64,000 nt of DNA, from assembly GCA_041182225.1 (NCBI GenBank), contig JBEGOC010000206.1, forward strand, positions 14,194 through 78,193. Direction: 5' to 3'. This document shows, one piece after another, positions 21,241-30,464 of the stretch. Below the pieces are notes generated by a model. It was not told where the DNA came from. It was given only the letters and a program-made list of their open reading frames with translations, and made no database searches. Each line of letters opens with the position of its first letter. The stretch's first letter is position 1. Origin of the DNA: Pseudomonadota bacterium (GTDB lineage Bacteria; Pseudomonadota; Gammaproteobacteria; Burkholderiales; Burkholderiaceae_C). The translations under genes and the position numbers were made by a program.

Positions 21241-22245
21241 CTAGTTGGACATGAAGCCGGCTTCGCGCATGAGAACGCGGTGCACCTGTTCGTTCTGGCC
21301 CAGCCAGTTGACATAATCATCGCCGCTCATGACCGTTTGCTTGAAGGCGCCTTTTTCCATGAAATCTTTCCATTCCGGCAGGGCACGCACTTTGGCGAAC
21401 AGATTGATGTAGAACTTGACTTGGTCGGCTGTCACCCCGGGCGGCATGAAGATGCCGCGCAGCATGAGGTACTCCACCGGTAACCCAGCCGATGCGCAGG
21501 TGGGGACATCGCTCCAGGACTGGGTCGTGGTGAGTTTGGCCTTGTAGGGCAGGCGCTCTTTGTCCATGACGCAAAGCGGCCGCAGTGTGCCCGAGCGCCA
21601 GTGAGATTCGGCCTCGATCGGGTTATTCACCGTCGAATCGATGTGTTTGCCTACCAGTTGAACCGCCACATCACCGCCCCCCTTGAGCGGTATGTAGATC
21701 ATTTTTTTGCCCAGCGCCTTTTCCATCAGCACGGTGATGATCTGGTCTTCCTGCTTGGACCCGGTGCCGCCCATCTTGAAGGTCTTGTCGGGCTGGGCCT
21801 TCACGGCCGCGAGGTATTCCTTCGTGGTTTTGTAGGGGGTATCCTGGTTCACCCAGAGAATGAACTGATCGAGTGCCAGCATGGACACGGGCGTCAAATC
21901 CCGCCAATTGAATGGCACACCGGTTGCCAGCGGCGTGGTGAACAGGTTGGACAGCGTGATGACAATCTTGTGCCCATTGCCCTTGTCGGCCTTCACATCG
22001 AGGAAGCCCTCGGCGCCAGCGCCACCGGCCTTGTTAACCACGATGATCGGCTGGGTGCTGAGTTTGTTCTTGGCCACAATGCCCTGCAGAAAGCGCGCCA
22101 TCTGGTCCGCACCGCCACCGGTTCCTGCCGGAACCACAAATTCAATGGGTTTGGTGGGCTCCCAAGCATGGGCAGGCAGCACCGCTGCTGCGCATAGGCT
22201 CGTGACGATGCTCGTGAATACACTGATTTTGATTCGCAGATTCAT
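21241..22245 (-). CDS. tctC: TTT substrate-binding protein (Bug/TctC)
   Basis: Signal peptide, PAGTGGGADQMAR, NKAGGAG; start trimmed to ATG 22245. Confidence 0.93.
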   Translation of the reverse strand: MNLRIKISVFTSIVTSLCAAAVLPAHAWEPTKPIEFVVPAGTGGGADQMARFLQGIVAKNKLSTQPIIVVNKAGGAGAEGFLDVKADKGNGHKIVITLSNLFTTPLATGVPFNWRDLTPVSMLALDQFILWVNQDTPYKTTKEYLAAVKAQPDKTFKMGGTGSKQEDQIITVLMEKALGKKMIYIPLKGGGDVAVQLVGKHIDSTVNNPIEAESHWRSGTLRPLCVMDKERLPYKAKLTTTQSWSDVPTCASAGLPVEYLMLRGIFMPPGVTADQVKFYINLFAKVRALPEWKDFMEKGAFKQTVMSGDDYVNWLGQNEQVHRVLMREAGFMSN

Positions 22246-22317
22246 GGTGCCTCTCGGTGAATTAAAAAATGGGTTCTGTCGGATTTGTTGTGGGATCAAT
22301 TCGCGCCTGCGCGGGGT

Positions 22318-23844
22318 TCAGACTAGGCCCAGCTTGGCTGCTAAGCCGATGCGCTGCAATTTGCCGGTGGCGCCTTTGGGGATTTCCGCCATGAAGAGAA
22401 TCGTTTTGGGCACCTTGAAGTCGGCCGCTCGGTTGCTGACAAAGGCCTGCAGTTCGCGCTCTGTGGCCTGTTGGCCCTCCCGCAGCACCACCACAGCAGC
22501 CACTTCCTCGCCCAGTTTCGGGTGTGGCATGCCAAAACAAACGACCTGGGCCACCGCCTCATGGTCCATCAAGATTTCATCGACCTCACGCGGGCTGACC
22601 TTCTCGCCGCCACGATTGATGATTTCCTTGAGTCGCCCGGTGATGCTGATGTAGCCTTCATCGTCCATCACACCTTGGTCTCCCGTCCGGAACCAGCCGT
22701 TTTCGAAGGCTTCTGCGTTGGCCTTCGGGTTGTTTTCGTAGCCCGCAGTGACATTGGGGCCACGGATGACGATCTCGCCGGTTTCGCCGCGCGGCAACAA
22801 TCCACCCAGGCTGTCCATGATGGCGACTTCCGGACCGGCAGCGATGCCCACTTTGCCCGGCTTGCGCACGGCGGGTGGCAGCGGGTTGCACGCCATCTGG
22901 TGGGTCGCCTCGGTCATGCCGTAGGCTTCAATCAGAGGTGCGCCGAAGATTTGCTCCAGTTCGGCAATCACCTGAGGCGGCATGGACGACGACGAGGAAC
23001 GCAAAAAGCGCAATGGATTGCGTGCGATCACATCCTGGTTACCTTTGGCGCGGCTCACGATGGCCTGGTGCATGGTTGGGACGGCGGTGTACCAGCTGGG
23101 TTTGGCCTCGTCCATCCAGCTGAAGAACTTCAAGGCATTGAAGCCGGGCGTACAAAACACCTGTGAGCCAGCGGCCAGCGGCGCCAAGACCCCGGCAATC
23201 AGGCCATGAATGTGGAACAAGGGCATCACGTTCAGCCCGCAGTCCTGAGGTGTGAACTGGAGCGAGTTGCGGATATTGATGGCCGATGCCACCAGGTTGC
23301 TTTGCGACAGCGGCACGATTTTGGGTCGCGAAGTTGTTCCGGAGGTGTGGAGCACCATGGAAATATCGCCTGGGTCGGCGTAGCCCGCGCAGGTTGCGGT
23401 CTTTGCATCAGTACCGCCGCCGCGCAACTGCAAGCTGAAATGGCCGGCACCTTGGTCAGGGTTTGCCACCAGATCAATGACCCGCAGCCCCAGCTTTGCC
23501 GCGACACCGATGGCTGCGGAGCTGCTGTCTTTTTCCACAATCAGCGCACTCGCGTGCAGGTCCGAGAGGTAGAACTCGAATTCGTCAGCACGGTAGGCGG
23601 GATTCAGAGGCGCACTGGTAACGCCACTGGCACAGGCCATGAAGCATGTTGCCATCTCCGGACCATTCGCTAGAACGATGGCCACCCGGTCATTTCGGCC
23701 AATACCCCAGTTGTTGAGTTGAGCAATAGTGGTCCCGATCAGAGCGCGCAGGCTGCCAAAGCTGAGTGGCGACTGGCCGGGTGCCGAAATCGCAGGAGCA
23801 GCCGAAGCACCAGTGGCCAATAAGTCGCGCAGTACTAGAGACAT
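22318..23844 (-). CDS. Acyl-CoA synthetase, oxalate-CoA ligase (AAE3/Pcs60)-like
   Basis: LHTSGTTSRPK.VPL, MPLFHIHGL, WYTAVPTMHQ, EAYGMTEATHQM..NPLP, GWFRTGDQG, PKGATGKLQR. Confidence 0.85.
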   Translation of the reverse strand: MSLVLRDLLATGASAAPAISAPGQSPLSFGSLRALIGTTIAQLNNWGIGRNDRVAIVLANGPEMATCFMACASGVTSAPLNPAYRADEFEFYLSDLHASALIVEKDSSSAAIGVAAKLGLRVIDLVANPDQGAGHFSLQLRGGGTDAKTATCAGYADPGDISMVLHTSGTTSRPKIVPLSQSNLVASAINIRNSLQFTPQDCGLNVMPLFHIHGLIAGVLAPLAAGSQVFCTPGFNALKFFSWMDEAKPSWYTAVPTMHQAIVSRAKGNQDVIARNPLRFLRSSSSSMPPQVIAELEQIFGAPLIEAYGMTEATHQMACNPLPPAVRKPGKVGIAAGPEVAIMDSLGGLLPRGETGEIVIRGPNVTAGYENNPKANAEAFENGWFRTGDQGVMDDEGYISITGRLKEIINRGGEKVSPREVDEILMDHEAVAQVVCFGMPHPKLGEEVAAVVVLREGQQATERELQAFVSNRAADFKVPKTILFMAEIPKGATGKLQRIGLAAKLGLV

Positions 23845-23925
23845 GGGTGCTCCAAGAGGGCTGATCTTTTATTCTGGCACCCTTTTTGCCGGAATGACTA
23901 CAGGGGAACCCCTAGTATCAGCGTG

Positions 23926-24394
23926 TCACGCCTTCGACCGGCTGAGGCATTTTCTGATGTCCGGGATCACGCTGCCAGGCGGCTCAACCCGGACTGAAAG
24001 CATCCCCCTGCCGTCGGTCGGTCGTCAAAAGGTCGAAATCGGCCTCACCAACCCGGCCGCGCAGCGTCGCCGCATGGCCGGCGCGCTGGGCACGCTCGGC
24101 TGAATCTGGTGAGATGGTTGCAGCGGCGGCAACCAGGGCGGTCAGCATCGTGCCGCGGTCGCCGTGGCGATCGAACACAAAGAGCCGCATGTGGCGCCAC
24201 GGCGCATCGGGCGTCGGGTCCACCAGGGTCATGAAGCATCGCAGGGCGCCCGGTCTGTTGTCGATCACAGAAGGCTGCCCCATCTGGGCCGACAGGCCCT
24301 GGGCGAGCACCCGGGCAACCACATCGGTACCGCCACCAGCGGGAAATCAGACCACCAGTTTCACGGGCTTGGCTGGATGGGCCGTTGAGTTCAT
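23926..24394 (-). pseudogene. Decayed remnant: Bug/TctC N-terminus with internal TGA, joined to an unrelated degenerate fragment
   Basis: ATG 24394: MNSTAHPAKPVKLVV*FPAGGGTDVVARVLAQGLSAQMGQPSVIDNRPGA, TGA at 24347-24349, similarity ends abruptly. Confidence 0.75.
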
Positions 24395-24450
24395 GGTGGG
24401 TCCGGATTGGCGTTGAAGAGCTCATTCCCCTCTGCGATCCGGACATTCCT

Positions 24451-25485
24451 TCAGGCGCTGTCACGCTCGACAATGTGAAAGCCAAGGTCGATCAACGGTT
24501 GGGTTTTTGATTCGCCGCGCATCAGGGCCATCAGCATGGTCGCCGCTGCCTCGCCAATATTTGCCCGCGGGGTGCGCACCGTGGTCAGCGTCGGCAGCAT
24601 TTGATCGCTGCCGGTCAAATCGTTGAAACCGGCAATGGCGACGCGGTCCGGCACTGGAATAGCGAGGCGCAGCGCTGCCAACAGCGCGCCTTGGGCGAGA
24701 TCATCGTTGCAGAAAAAGATGGCGTCCACATTGGGGTTTTGCTGCAGGATAGTCTCAAACATGGCACCGCCCAGCGCTAACGACGAGGCTGCCGGGTTGA
24801 GCCATTCCAGGCCAGGGTCATAAAGGCCTTGCGCCTGCAAGGTGAGCCGCCAACCATCGCGCCGTTGCATCACCCTCGGGTCGAGTTGCGCGCCGGCAAA
24901 GGCGATGCATCGCCGACCGCGCGCCAGCAACAGGCGCGTCAACGCGGCCCCAGCATCTGTCTGCCGAAAGCCTACGCAGTAAGGAGGATTGGCGTCAGTC
25001 GGGCTTGGCAGATCCATCAGGTGCACGCAGGGCACCTGGCTTTTCGCCACCAGAGCGCGCGTTGCAGCATTCTGATCCAAGCCGGTGAGCAGCAGACCAG
25101 CCGGTCGATGCAAGAGTTGCTCGCTCAGCAGCTGCTCTTCCTGGGCTTGGTCATAGTGAGTGACGCCTATCAGTGTTTGAAACCCGCCCGCTCTGAGTGT
25201 CCGCTGTGCCGCGTCCAGCAGATCGACGAACAGGGCATTGGACAACAGGGGGATCAGGACAGCCACATGGTTGCTGCGTTGCGAGGCCAATGCCCGTGCC
25301 GCGGGATCCGGCACATAGCCCAGCTGCGTAGACGCTTGGGTGACACGCTCGACCAGGACCGGATCGACCGATCGTTCGCCACGCAGTGCCCGCGACACGG
25401 TGATCGGGCTGACGCCGGCAACTCGCGCGACATCACTCAGCGTGACACGGCCGGTGGAGCGCTTGCGTTGAAGGGTAGGGCGCAT
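24451..25485 (-). CDS. gntR: LacI-family gluconate regulator (GntR/IdnR type)
   Basis: VTLSDVARVAGVSPITVSRAL HTH, LGYVPD, FFCNDDLAQG; divergent from gluconate/idonate genes. Confidence 0.88.
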   Translation of the reverse strand: MRPTLQRKRSTGRVTLSDVARVAGVSPITVSRALRGERSVDPVLVERVTQASTQLGYVPDPAARALASQRSNHVAVLIPLLSNALFVDLLDAAQRTLRAGGFQTLIGVTHYDQAQEEQLLSEQLLHRPAGLLLTGLDQNAATRALVAKSQVPCVHLMDLPSPTDANPPYCVGFRQTDAGAALTRLLLARGRRCIAFAGAQLDPRVMQRRDGWRLTLQAQGLYDPGLEWLNPAASSLALGGAMFETILQQNPNVDAIFFCNDDLAQGALLAALRLAIPVPDRVAIAGFNDLTGSDQMLPTLTTVRTPRANIGEAAATMLMALMRGESKTQPLIDLGFHIVERDSA

Positions 25486-25528
25486 GAATGTCTAGGGTAA
25501 GTACCGAGCAGAGGGACCCAGCAGGATG

Positions 25529-25545
25529 ACTAAGATAGCGCTGTC
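25529..25545. promoter_or_regulatory. Putative GntR operator
   Basis: ACTAAGATAGCGCTGTC; near-palindrome GATAGCGCTGTC with central CG typical of LacI-family sites. Confidence 0.65.
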
Positions 25546-25608
25546 CTGCGCTCTCATCGCCATATCAATCCTGATTATGCGCTGACGTTTGGCAAGACTA
25601 AAGGAGAC

Positions 25609-26577
25609 ATGGCGTTGTCAAAACCAGAAATATTGGCGGTGGCCAATGTTCACCCGCTGTACCTGAAAGCGCTGAGAGAGGTTTTCATGGTTCATGAGCG
25701 CACGCATGAGGGTAGCCCCGCCGAGTTTGCCAAGCTGGCGCCGCGCATCGTGGGGATTGCCGCCGGTGGCGAGTCCCTGGTGCCCCGGTCGCTGTTGGAG
25801 CAGTTGCCCAACCTCAAACTGGTGTCAGTATTCGGCGTGGGTTACGACGGCATCGACGTTCAGGCTGCGGTGGCGCTTGGCGTGATGGTGACCCATACCC
25901 CCGGTGTGCTGACGGATGACGTGGCCGATCTGGCGATGGGCCTGGTGCTGGCCGTCAGTCGCCAGATCGTGCAGGCTGACCAGCACGTCAGGGCAGGGCG
26001 CTGGCCCCAAGGGCCGATGCCGCTGGGCAGGAAAGTCTCGGGCGCTCGAATGGGCATCGTGGGCTTGGGTCGCATTGGCACGGCCATTGCCCGCCGGGCA
26101 CAGGCCTTTGACATGTCGGTGGCGTACACCGCACGCACGGAAAAACCAGGGTCTGGATTCGATTTTCACCCCACGGCCGCCCAGTTGGCCGCCGCAGTTG
26201 ATTTTCTGGTCGTCATCACGCCTGGAGGACAGGGCACCCGACACCTGATCAATGCCGAGGTCTTGTCGGCCCTCGGGCCTCAGGGCTATCTGATTAATGT
26301 GGCGCGAGGCAGCGTGGTGGATGAGCGAGCCCTCGTCCATGCCCTGGAGGCTGGCCTGATTGCCGGGGCCGGCCTCGATGTATTCGCGGCCGAACCCCAG
26401 GTTCCGGAGGCGCTGTGGCAGATGCCCAATGTGGTGCTGACACCGCATATGGCCAGCGCCACGCACCAGACCCGACGCGCCATGGCCGACTTGGCGTTTG
26501 CCAATATGCAGGCGGGCGTCGCACTCAAGCCCGTGTTGACGCCGATCCCGGAATGCCTGGCCGCCCTGAGCACCTGA
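25609..26577 (+). CDS. D-2-hydroxyacid dehydrogenase (GhrB-like 2-ketoacid reductase)
   Basis: FGVGYDGID, GLGRIG, INVARGSVVDE, GLDVF..EP, TPHMASAT. Confidence 0.9.
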   Translation: MALSKPEILAVANVHPLYLKALREVFMVHERTHEGSPAEFAKLAPRIVGIAAGGESLVPRSLLEQLPNLKLVSVFGVGYDGIDVQAAVALGVMVTHTPGVLTDDVADLAMGLVLAVSRQIVQADQHVRAGRWPQGPMPLGRKVSGARMGIVGLGRIGTAIARRAQAFDMSVAYTARTEKPGSGFDFHPTAAQLAAAVDFLVVITPGGQGTRHLINAEVLSALGPQGYLINVARGSVVDERALVHALEAGLIAGAGLDVFAAEPQVPEALWQMPNVVLTPHMASATHQTRRAMADLAFANMQAGVALKPVLTPIPECLAALST

Positions 26578-26588
26578 GGCCCGTCACC

Positions 26589-27146
26589 ATGCACCCCAAA
26601 GTGGCATCCAGCCTTGATCCGATGATGCAGATCGTCGTGATGGGTGTGTCAGGCAGTGGCAAATCAACGCTTGCCGGCACGCTGGCTCGTGAACTGGGGT
26701 TGCGCATGGTCGATGGCGATGACCTGCACCTGCCGGAAAGTGTGGCCAAGATGCGTGCGGGTATTGCGCTGCAGGATGCAGATCGTTGGCCCTGGCTGGA
26801 TCGGATCGGACGCTTGCTGGCCGAGGGTGGCGATCATCCCGCCGAGGGTCGCATTGTGGCGTGTTCCGCGCTCAAACGTTCGTACCGGAATCGCATCCGC
26901 CAGCTCGCCCCTGCGGTCCGATTCATTTTTCTCGACGGTGCGCCGGAGCTGATCCGACAGCGCATGCTGCTTCGCACCGGGCACTACATGCAGCCCGATT
27001 TGTTGGCCAGCCAAATCCAGACGCTGGAGCGGCCCCAAGCCGACGAGACCGACGTGATCACCTTGGACATCCTGGCGGACCCGACTCAACTGGTCGCTAT
27101 GGCGATCCGTTCCCTGTCGCTGGCTCGGCCAGCCGTCAATGCCTGA
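26589..27146 (+). CDS. gntK: Gluconokinase
   Basis: VMGVSGSGKST, DGDDLH, DADRWPWL, ACSALKRSYR, SQIQTLE; start at 26589 or a few codons later. Confidence 0.92.
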   Translation: MHPKVASSLDPMMQIVVMGVSGSGKSTLAGTLARELGLRMVDGDDLHLPESVAKMRAGIALQDADRWPWLDRIGRLLAEGGDHPAEGRIVACSALKRSYRNRIRQLAPAVRFIFLDGAPELIRQRMLLRTGHYMQPDLLASQIQTLERPQADETDVITLDILADPTQLVAMAIRSLSLARPAVNA

Positions 27147-27186
27147 GCCTGTATTGCCTTACCCAGTACCCACTTAAAAGAATCCG

Positions 27187-27525
27187 ATGTACATCCGTTG
27201 CGCATTTTTCCGCGGTCAGGTCAAGCCCGGGTTCGAAGACGCCTTCAAGGCCTACATCCGTGAGCAACTGGTGCCCTTGTGGACCCGGTTTCCCGGCGCA
27301 CAGGAGGTGCGGGTGCTGCGACAGGTGGAGTGCGATGTGAGCGACCCGAGGCTTGAGATGGTGCTGTCGGTCCGCTACCCGAGCCGCGAGTCGATTGACA
27401 TTGCCTTGGCTTCTGAGGTCCGGCATCGCAGCCGCGAGGTGTCCAAGGGACTGCTGGCGATGTTTGATGGCACGGTGTTCCATACGGTGTTCAGCGCCGA
27501 TGACTACGTGCTGCCCACCGATTAG
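27187..27525 (+). CDS. Small hypothetical protein, EthD-like dimeric alpha/beta barrel
   Basis: 112 aa; 'VPLWTRFPGAQEVRV...YPSRESIDIALAS' pattern; fills operon gap. Confidence 0.55.
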   Translation: MYIRCAFFRGQVKPGFEDAFKAYIREQLVPLWTRFPGAQEVRVLRQVECDVSDPRLEMVLSVRYPSRESIDIALASEVRHRSREVSKGLLAMFDGTVFHTVFSADDYVLPTD

Positions 27526-27604
27526 TTTGTGTAGAAAGCGCCGGCCGATCGCGTTGGTCAGCCGACCCGAGTTAGTGATGTTTTTTCAACCAGGAGACAG
27601 TCTC

Positions 27605-28579
27605 ATGAAAGTTTCACGTTTATTGCTTGCCTGCCTGATGGCCAGCATCGGCACAGCCGCTCTGGCTGCCAAGTTCAACCTCAAACTCGGGCATGCAGTC
27701 AATGCCACCGACGGGCAGCACGCTGCCGCCGTCAAGCTGGCGGAGCTGGTTAAGCAGCGGACCAACGGCGATGTCGAGATCACGGTTTACCCCTCCAACC
27801 AGCTGGGCAATGACGCCGCCATGATCAACGGCACCCGTGGCGGCACGATTGACATCGTATCCAGCGGCGCCTCCAACTTCAACGGCATTGTGGCCAATAC
27901 CGCAGCCCTTGAGTTGCCCTTTGTGTTCCGGAATGCCCAACACGCTTACAACGTGCTGGATGGCGCGGTCGGTACCGCCATCCTGGAAGAGCTGTCACCG
28001 CACAGCCTCAAGGGCCTGGCCTACTGGGAAAACGGCTGGCGCGCGTTCACCAACAACAAGCGCCCCATCCGCACGCCTGACGATGTCAAGGGCCTGAAAA
28101 TCCGCTCCACCGGTAACCCCTACCATATCCAGGCGTTCAAGCTCTTGGGCATGAACCCGTCGCCGATGCCCATCGCCGAGCTGTACACCGCGCTGGAGGC
28201 CGGCACCTTCGATGCTCAGGAACACCCAATCAACGTGACCTGGTCGTCCAAGTTTTATGAGGTGCAAAAACATCTGACGGTGAGTAACCATGTTTACTCG
28301 CCGCTGATCCTGGCGATGAACAAGGCCAAGTTCGACAGCCTCCCGGCGAACTACCAGGCCATCATGGTCGAATCGGCACGGGAAGCCGCCAAGTACCAGC
28401 GTGAACTCAATGCTGGCAATGCCAGCAAGGTCGTGGCTGAGCTGAAGAAGTCCGGCATGCAGGTCATCGAGGTGGTGGACATGGCGCCGTTTCAGAAACT
28501 GACGTCGGACGCCATCGCCAAGTCCTTTGGCGAAAAAAATGGCACGGCGTTGCTCAAAGCCATTGAGGGCACCAAGTAA
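27605..28579 (+). CDS. dctP: TRAP transporter substrate-binding protein
   Basis: Signal peptide, YPSNQLG, ENGWR, GLKIR, ELYTALEAG.FDAQEHP; AGGAG RBS before ATG 27605. Confidence 0.95.
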   Translation: MKVSRLLLACLMASIGTAALAAKFNLKLGHAVNATDGQHAAAVKLAELVKQRTNGDVEITVYPSNQLGNDAAMINGTRGGTIDIVSSGASNFNGIVANTAALELPFVFRNAQHAYNVLDGAVGTAILEELSPHSLKGLAYWENGWRAFTNNKRPIRTPDDVKGLKIRSTGNPYHIQAFKLLGMNPSPMPIAELYTALEAGTFDAQEHPINVTWSSKFYEVQKHLTVSNHVYSPLILAMNKAKFDSLPANYQAIMVESAREAAKYQRELNAGNASKVVAELKKSGMQVIEVVDMAPFQKLTSDAIAKSFGEKNGTALLKAIEGTK

Positions 28580-28593
28580 CGCATGCCGCCTGT

Positions 28594-28625
28594 CGTCGAC
28601 TCTTCCGCTTTCGGGAGGGTCGACG
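28594..28625 (+). other. Intercistronic 14-bp stem-loop between dctP and dctQ
   Basis: CGTCGACTCTTCCG-cttt-CGGGAGGGTCGACG (2 G-U pairs), no U-tract. Confidence 0.7.
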
Positions 28626-28641
28626 CTGACCTTCGCCGCCC

Positions 28642-29181
28642 ATGAAAATCCTGAGCAACCTTTTTTTTAGGCTGGCCGAGATGCTTCTGGTCACCATGCT
28701 GGCCATCATGGTCATCATGGTGTTTGGCAATGTGGTGCTGCGCTACGGCTTCAACTCCGGCATCATCAGCTCCGAGGAGTTGTCGCGTTATTTGTTCATC
28801 TGGATCACTTTCCTCGGCGCCATCGTCGCGTTTCGGGAGAATGCTCACCTGGGGCTTGATACGGTGGTCAGGCTGTTGCCGTCCAGCGGCAAAAAAGTAT
28901 TTTTCGCGCTGTCCAACGTGCTGATGCTTGGGTGTTGCATGCTGATGTTCTACGGCACCTGGAAACAGCACGGTATCAACGCGACCACCCGGTCGCCAGT
29001 GACCGAGACGCCGATGATCTGGGTCTACGGTGTGGGCTACGTCGCCAGTGTGGCCATGGGCCTGATGATTGTCGGCAAACTGGTGGGCGTAGCGCGGGGC
29101 AAGTTTGCCGATGATGACCTGATCCAGGTCCAGGACTCCGAGGATACCGCTGTGCCACACACCCAAGGGGCGGCACGATGA
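28642..29181 (+). CDS. dctQ: TRAP small permease
   Basis: NVVLRY, SEELSRYLFIWITFLGA, 4 TMs. Confidence 0.93.
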   Translation: MKILSNLFFRLAEMLLVTMLAIMVIMVFGNVVLRYGFNSGIISSEELSRYLFIWITFLGAIVAFRENAHLGLDTVVRLLPSSGKKVFFALSNVLMLGCCMLMFYGTWKQHGINATTRSPVTETPMIWVYGVGYVASVAMGLMIVGKLVGVARGKFADDDLIQVQDSEDTAVPHTQGAAR

Positions 29182-30458
29182 CCATTCTTGTGTTTGTCGG
29201 GTCGCTGCTGGCGGCCATGGCGCTGGGCATGCCCCTGGCTTTTTCTTTGCTGGTGTCGGGTGTGGCCCTGATGCTGCACCTGGATCTGTTTGACACCCAG
29301 ATCGTGTCGCAAAACCTGATCAGCGGTGCCGACAATTTCCCTTTGATGGCTGTGCCGTTTTTCATGCTGGCTGGCGAGCTGATGAATGCCGGCGGTATGA
29401 GCCGGCGCATTGTCAATTCGGCCCTGGTGTGGGTGGGTCATTTCCAGGGCGGCCTGGGCTATGTGGCCGTATTTGCGGCCATCGTCATGGCCAGCCTGTC
29501 GGGCTCCGCCGTGGCCGATACTGCAGCATTGGCGGCGGTGCTGCTGCCCATGATGCGCAAGGCCGGCTACCGCATGGACCGATCAGCGGGGCTGATCGCC
29601 GCCGGCGGCATCATCGCGCCTGTCATCCCGCCCTCGATCGGCTTCATTTTGTTCGGCGTGATCGGTGGCGTGTCGATCTCCAAGCTGTTCATGGCCGGGA
29701 TTTTTCCGGGCATTCTGATGGGGCTGGCGCTGATCGTGACCTGGTGGATCGTCGCCCGCCACGACAAGGTGGAGGTGTCGCCACGGGTTCCGATGGCGGA
29801 GAAGCTGCGGGTGACGGCCAATGCCTTTTGGGCCTACCTGCTGGCGGTGACCATCATCGGCGGCATGAAGTTCGGCGTTTTCACTCCCACCGAGGCGGCG
29901 GTGGTAGCAGTCGTTTATTCAATGCTGGTCGGACTGTTCATCTACCGCGAGATCAAGTTCCGCGATCTTTACCGCATCACTTTGAGCGCGGCCAAGACAT
30001 CTGCGGTCGTGATGTTTCTGGTGGCTGCGGCGCTGGTCTCGGCCTGGTTGATCACAGTGGCCAACATCCCGGCGCAGATGGTGCAGCTGTTGCAGCCCTT
30101 CATGGACAACAAGATGTTGCTGATGGCGATGCTGATGCTATTGGTGCTGGTTGTCGGGACGGCGCTGGATTTTGCCCCGACGGTGCTCATCCTCACGCCG
30201 GTGCTGATGCCGCTGGTGCGGCAGGCCGGCATCGATCCGGTCTACTTTGGTGTGTTGTTCATCATCAACAATGCCATTGGACTGCTGACCCCGCCGGTCG
30301 GCACCGTGCTGAATGTGGTTTGTGGCGTGGGGCGTATTCCCATGCATGAGGTGATCAAGGGTGTCATGCCGTTTCTGTTGTCGCAGGTGGTGGTGATGGG
30401 CTTGCTGATTATTTTCCCGGGCTTGGTGATGGTCCCTTTGCGCTGGTTGACCAGCTGA
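29178..30458 (+). CDS. dctM: TRAP large permease
   Basis: PFFMLAGELM, SGSAVAD, IPPSI, TPTEAA, TPPVG. Confidence 0.95.
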   Translation: MTILVFVGSLLAAMALGMPLAFSLLVSGVALMLHLDLFDTQIVSQNLISGADNFPLMAVPFFMLAGELMNAGGMSRRIVNSALVWVGHFQGGLGYVAVFAAIVMASLSGSAVADTAALAAVLLPMMRKAGYRMDRSAGLIAAGGIIAPVIPPSIGFILFGVIGGVSISKLFMAGIFPGILMGLALIVTWWIVARHDKVEVSPRVPMAEKLRVTANAFWAYLLAVTIIGGMKFGVFTPTEAAVVAVVYSMLVGLFIYREIKFRDLYRITLSAAKTSAVVMFLVAAALVSAWLITVANIPAQMVQLLQPFMDNKMLLMAMLMLLVLVVGTALDFAPTVLILTPVLMPLVRQAGIDPVYFGVLFIINNAIGLLTPPVGTVLNVVCGVGRIPMHEVIKGVMPFLLSQVVVMGLLIIFPGLVMVPLRWLTS

Positions 30459-30464
30459 TCGCCC

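Noticed and set aside
24347-24349. In-frame TGA as selenocysteine or readthrough
   Set aside because: Position is normally Pro/Gly, no SECIS-like hairpin recognised, and the gene is truncated anyway
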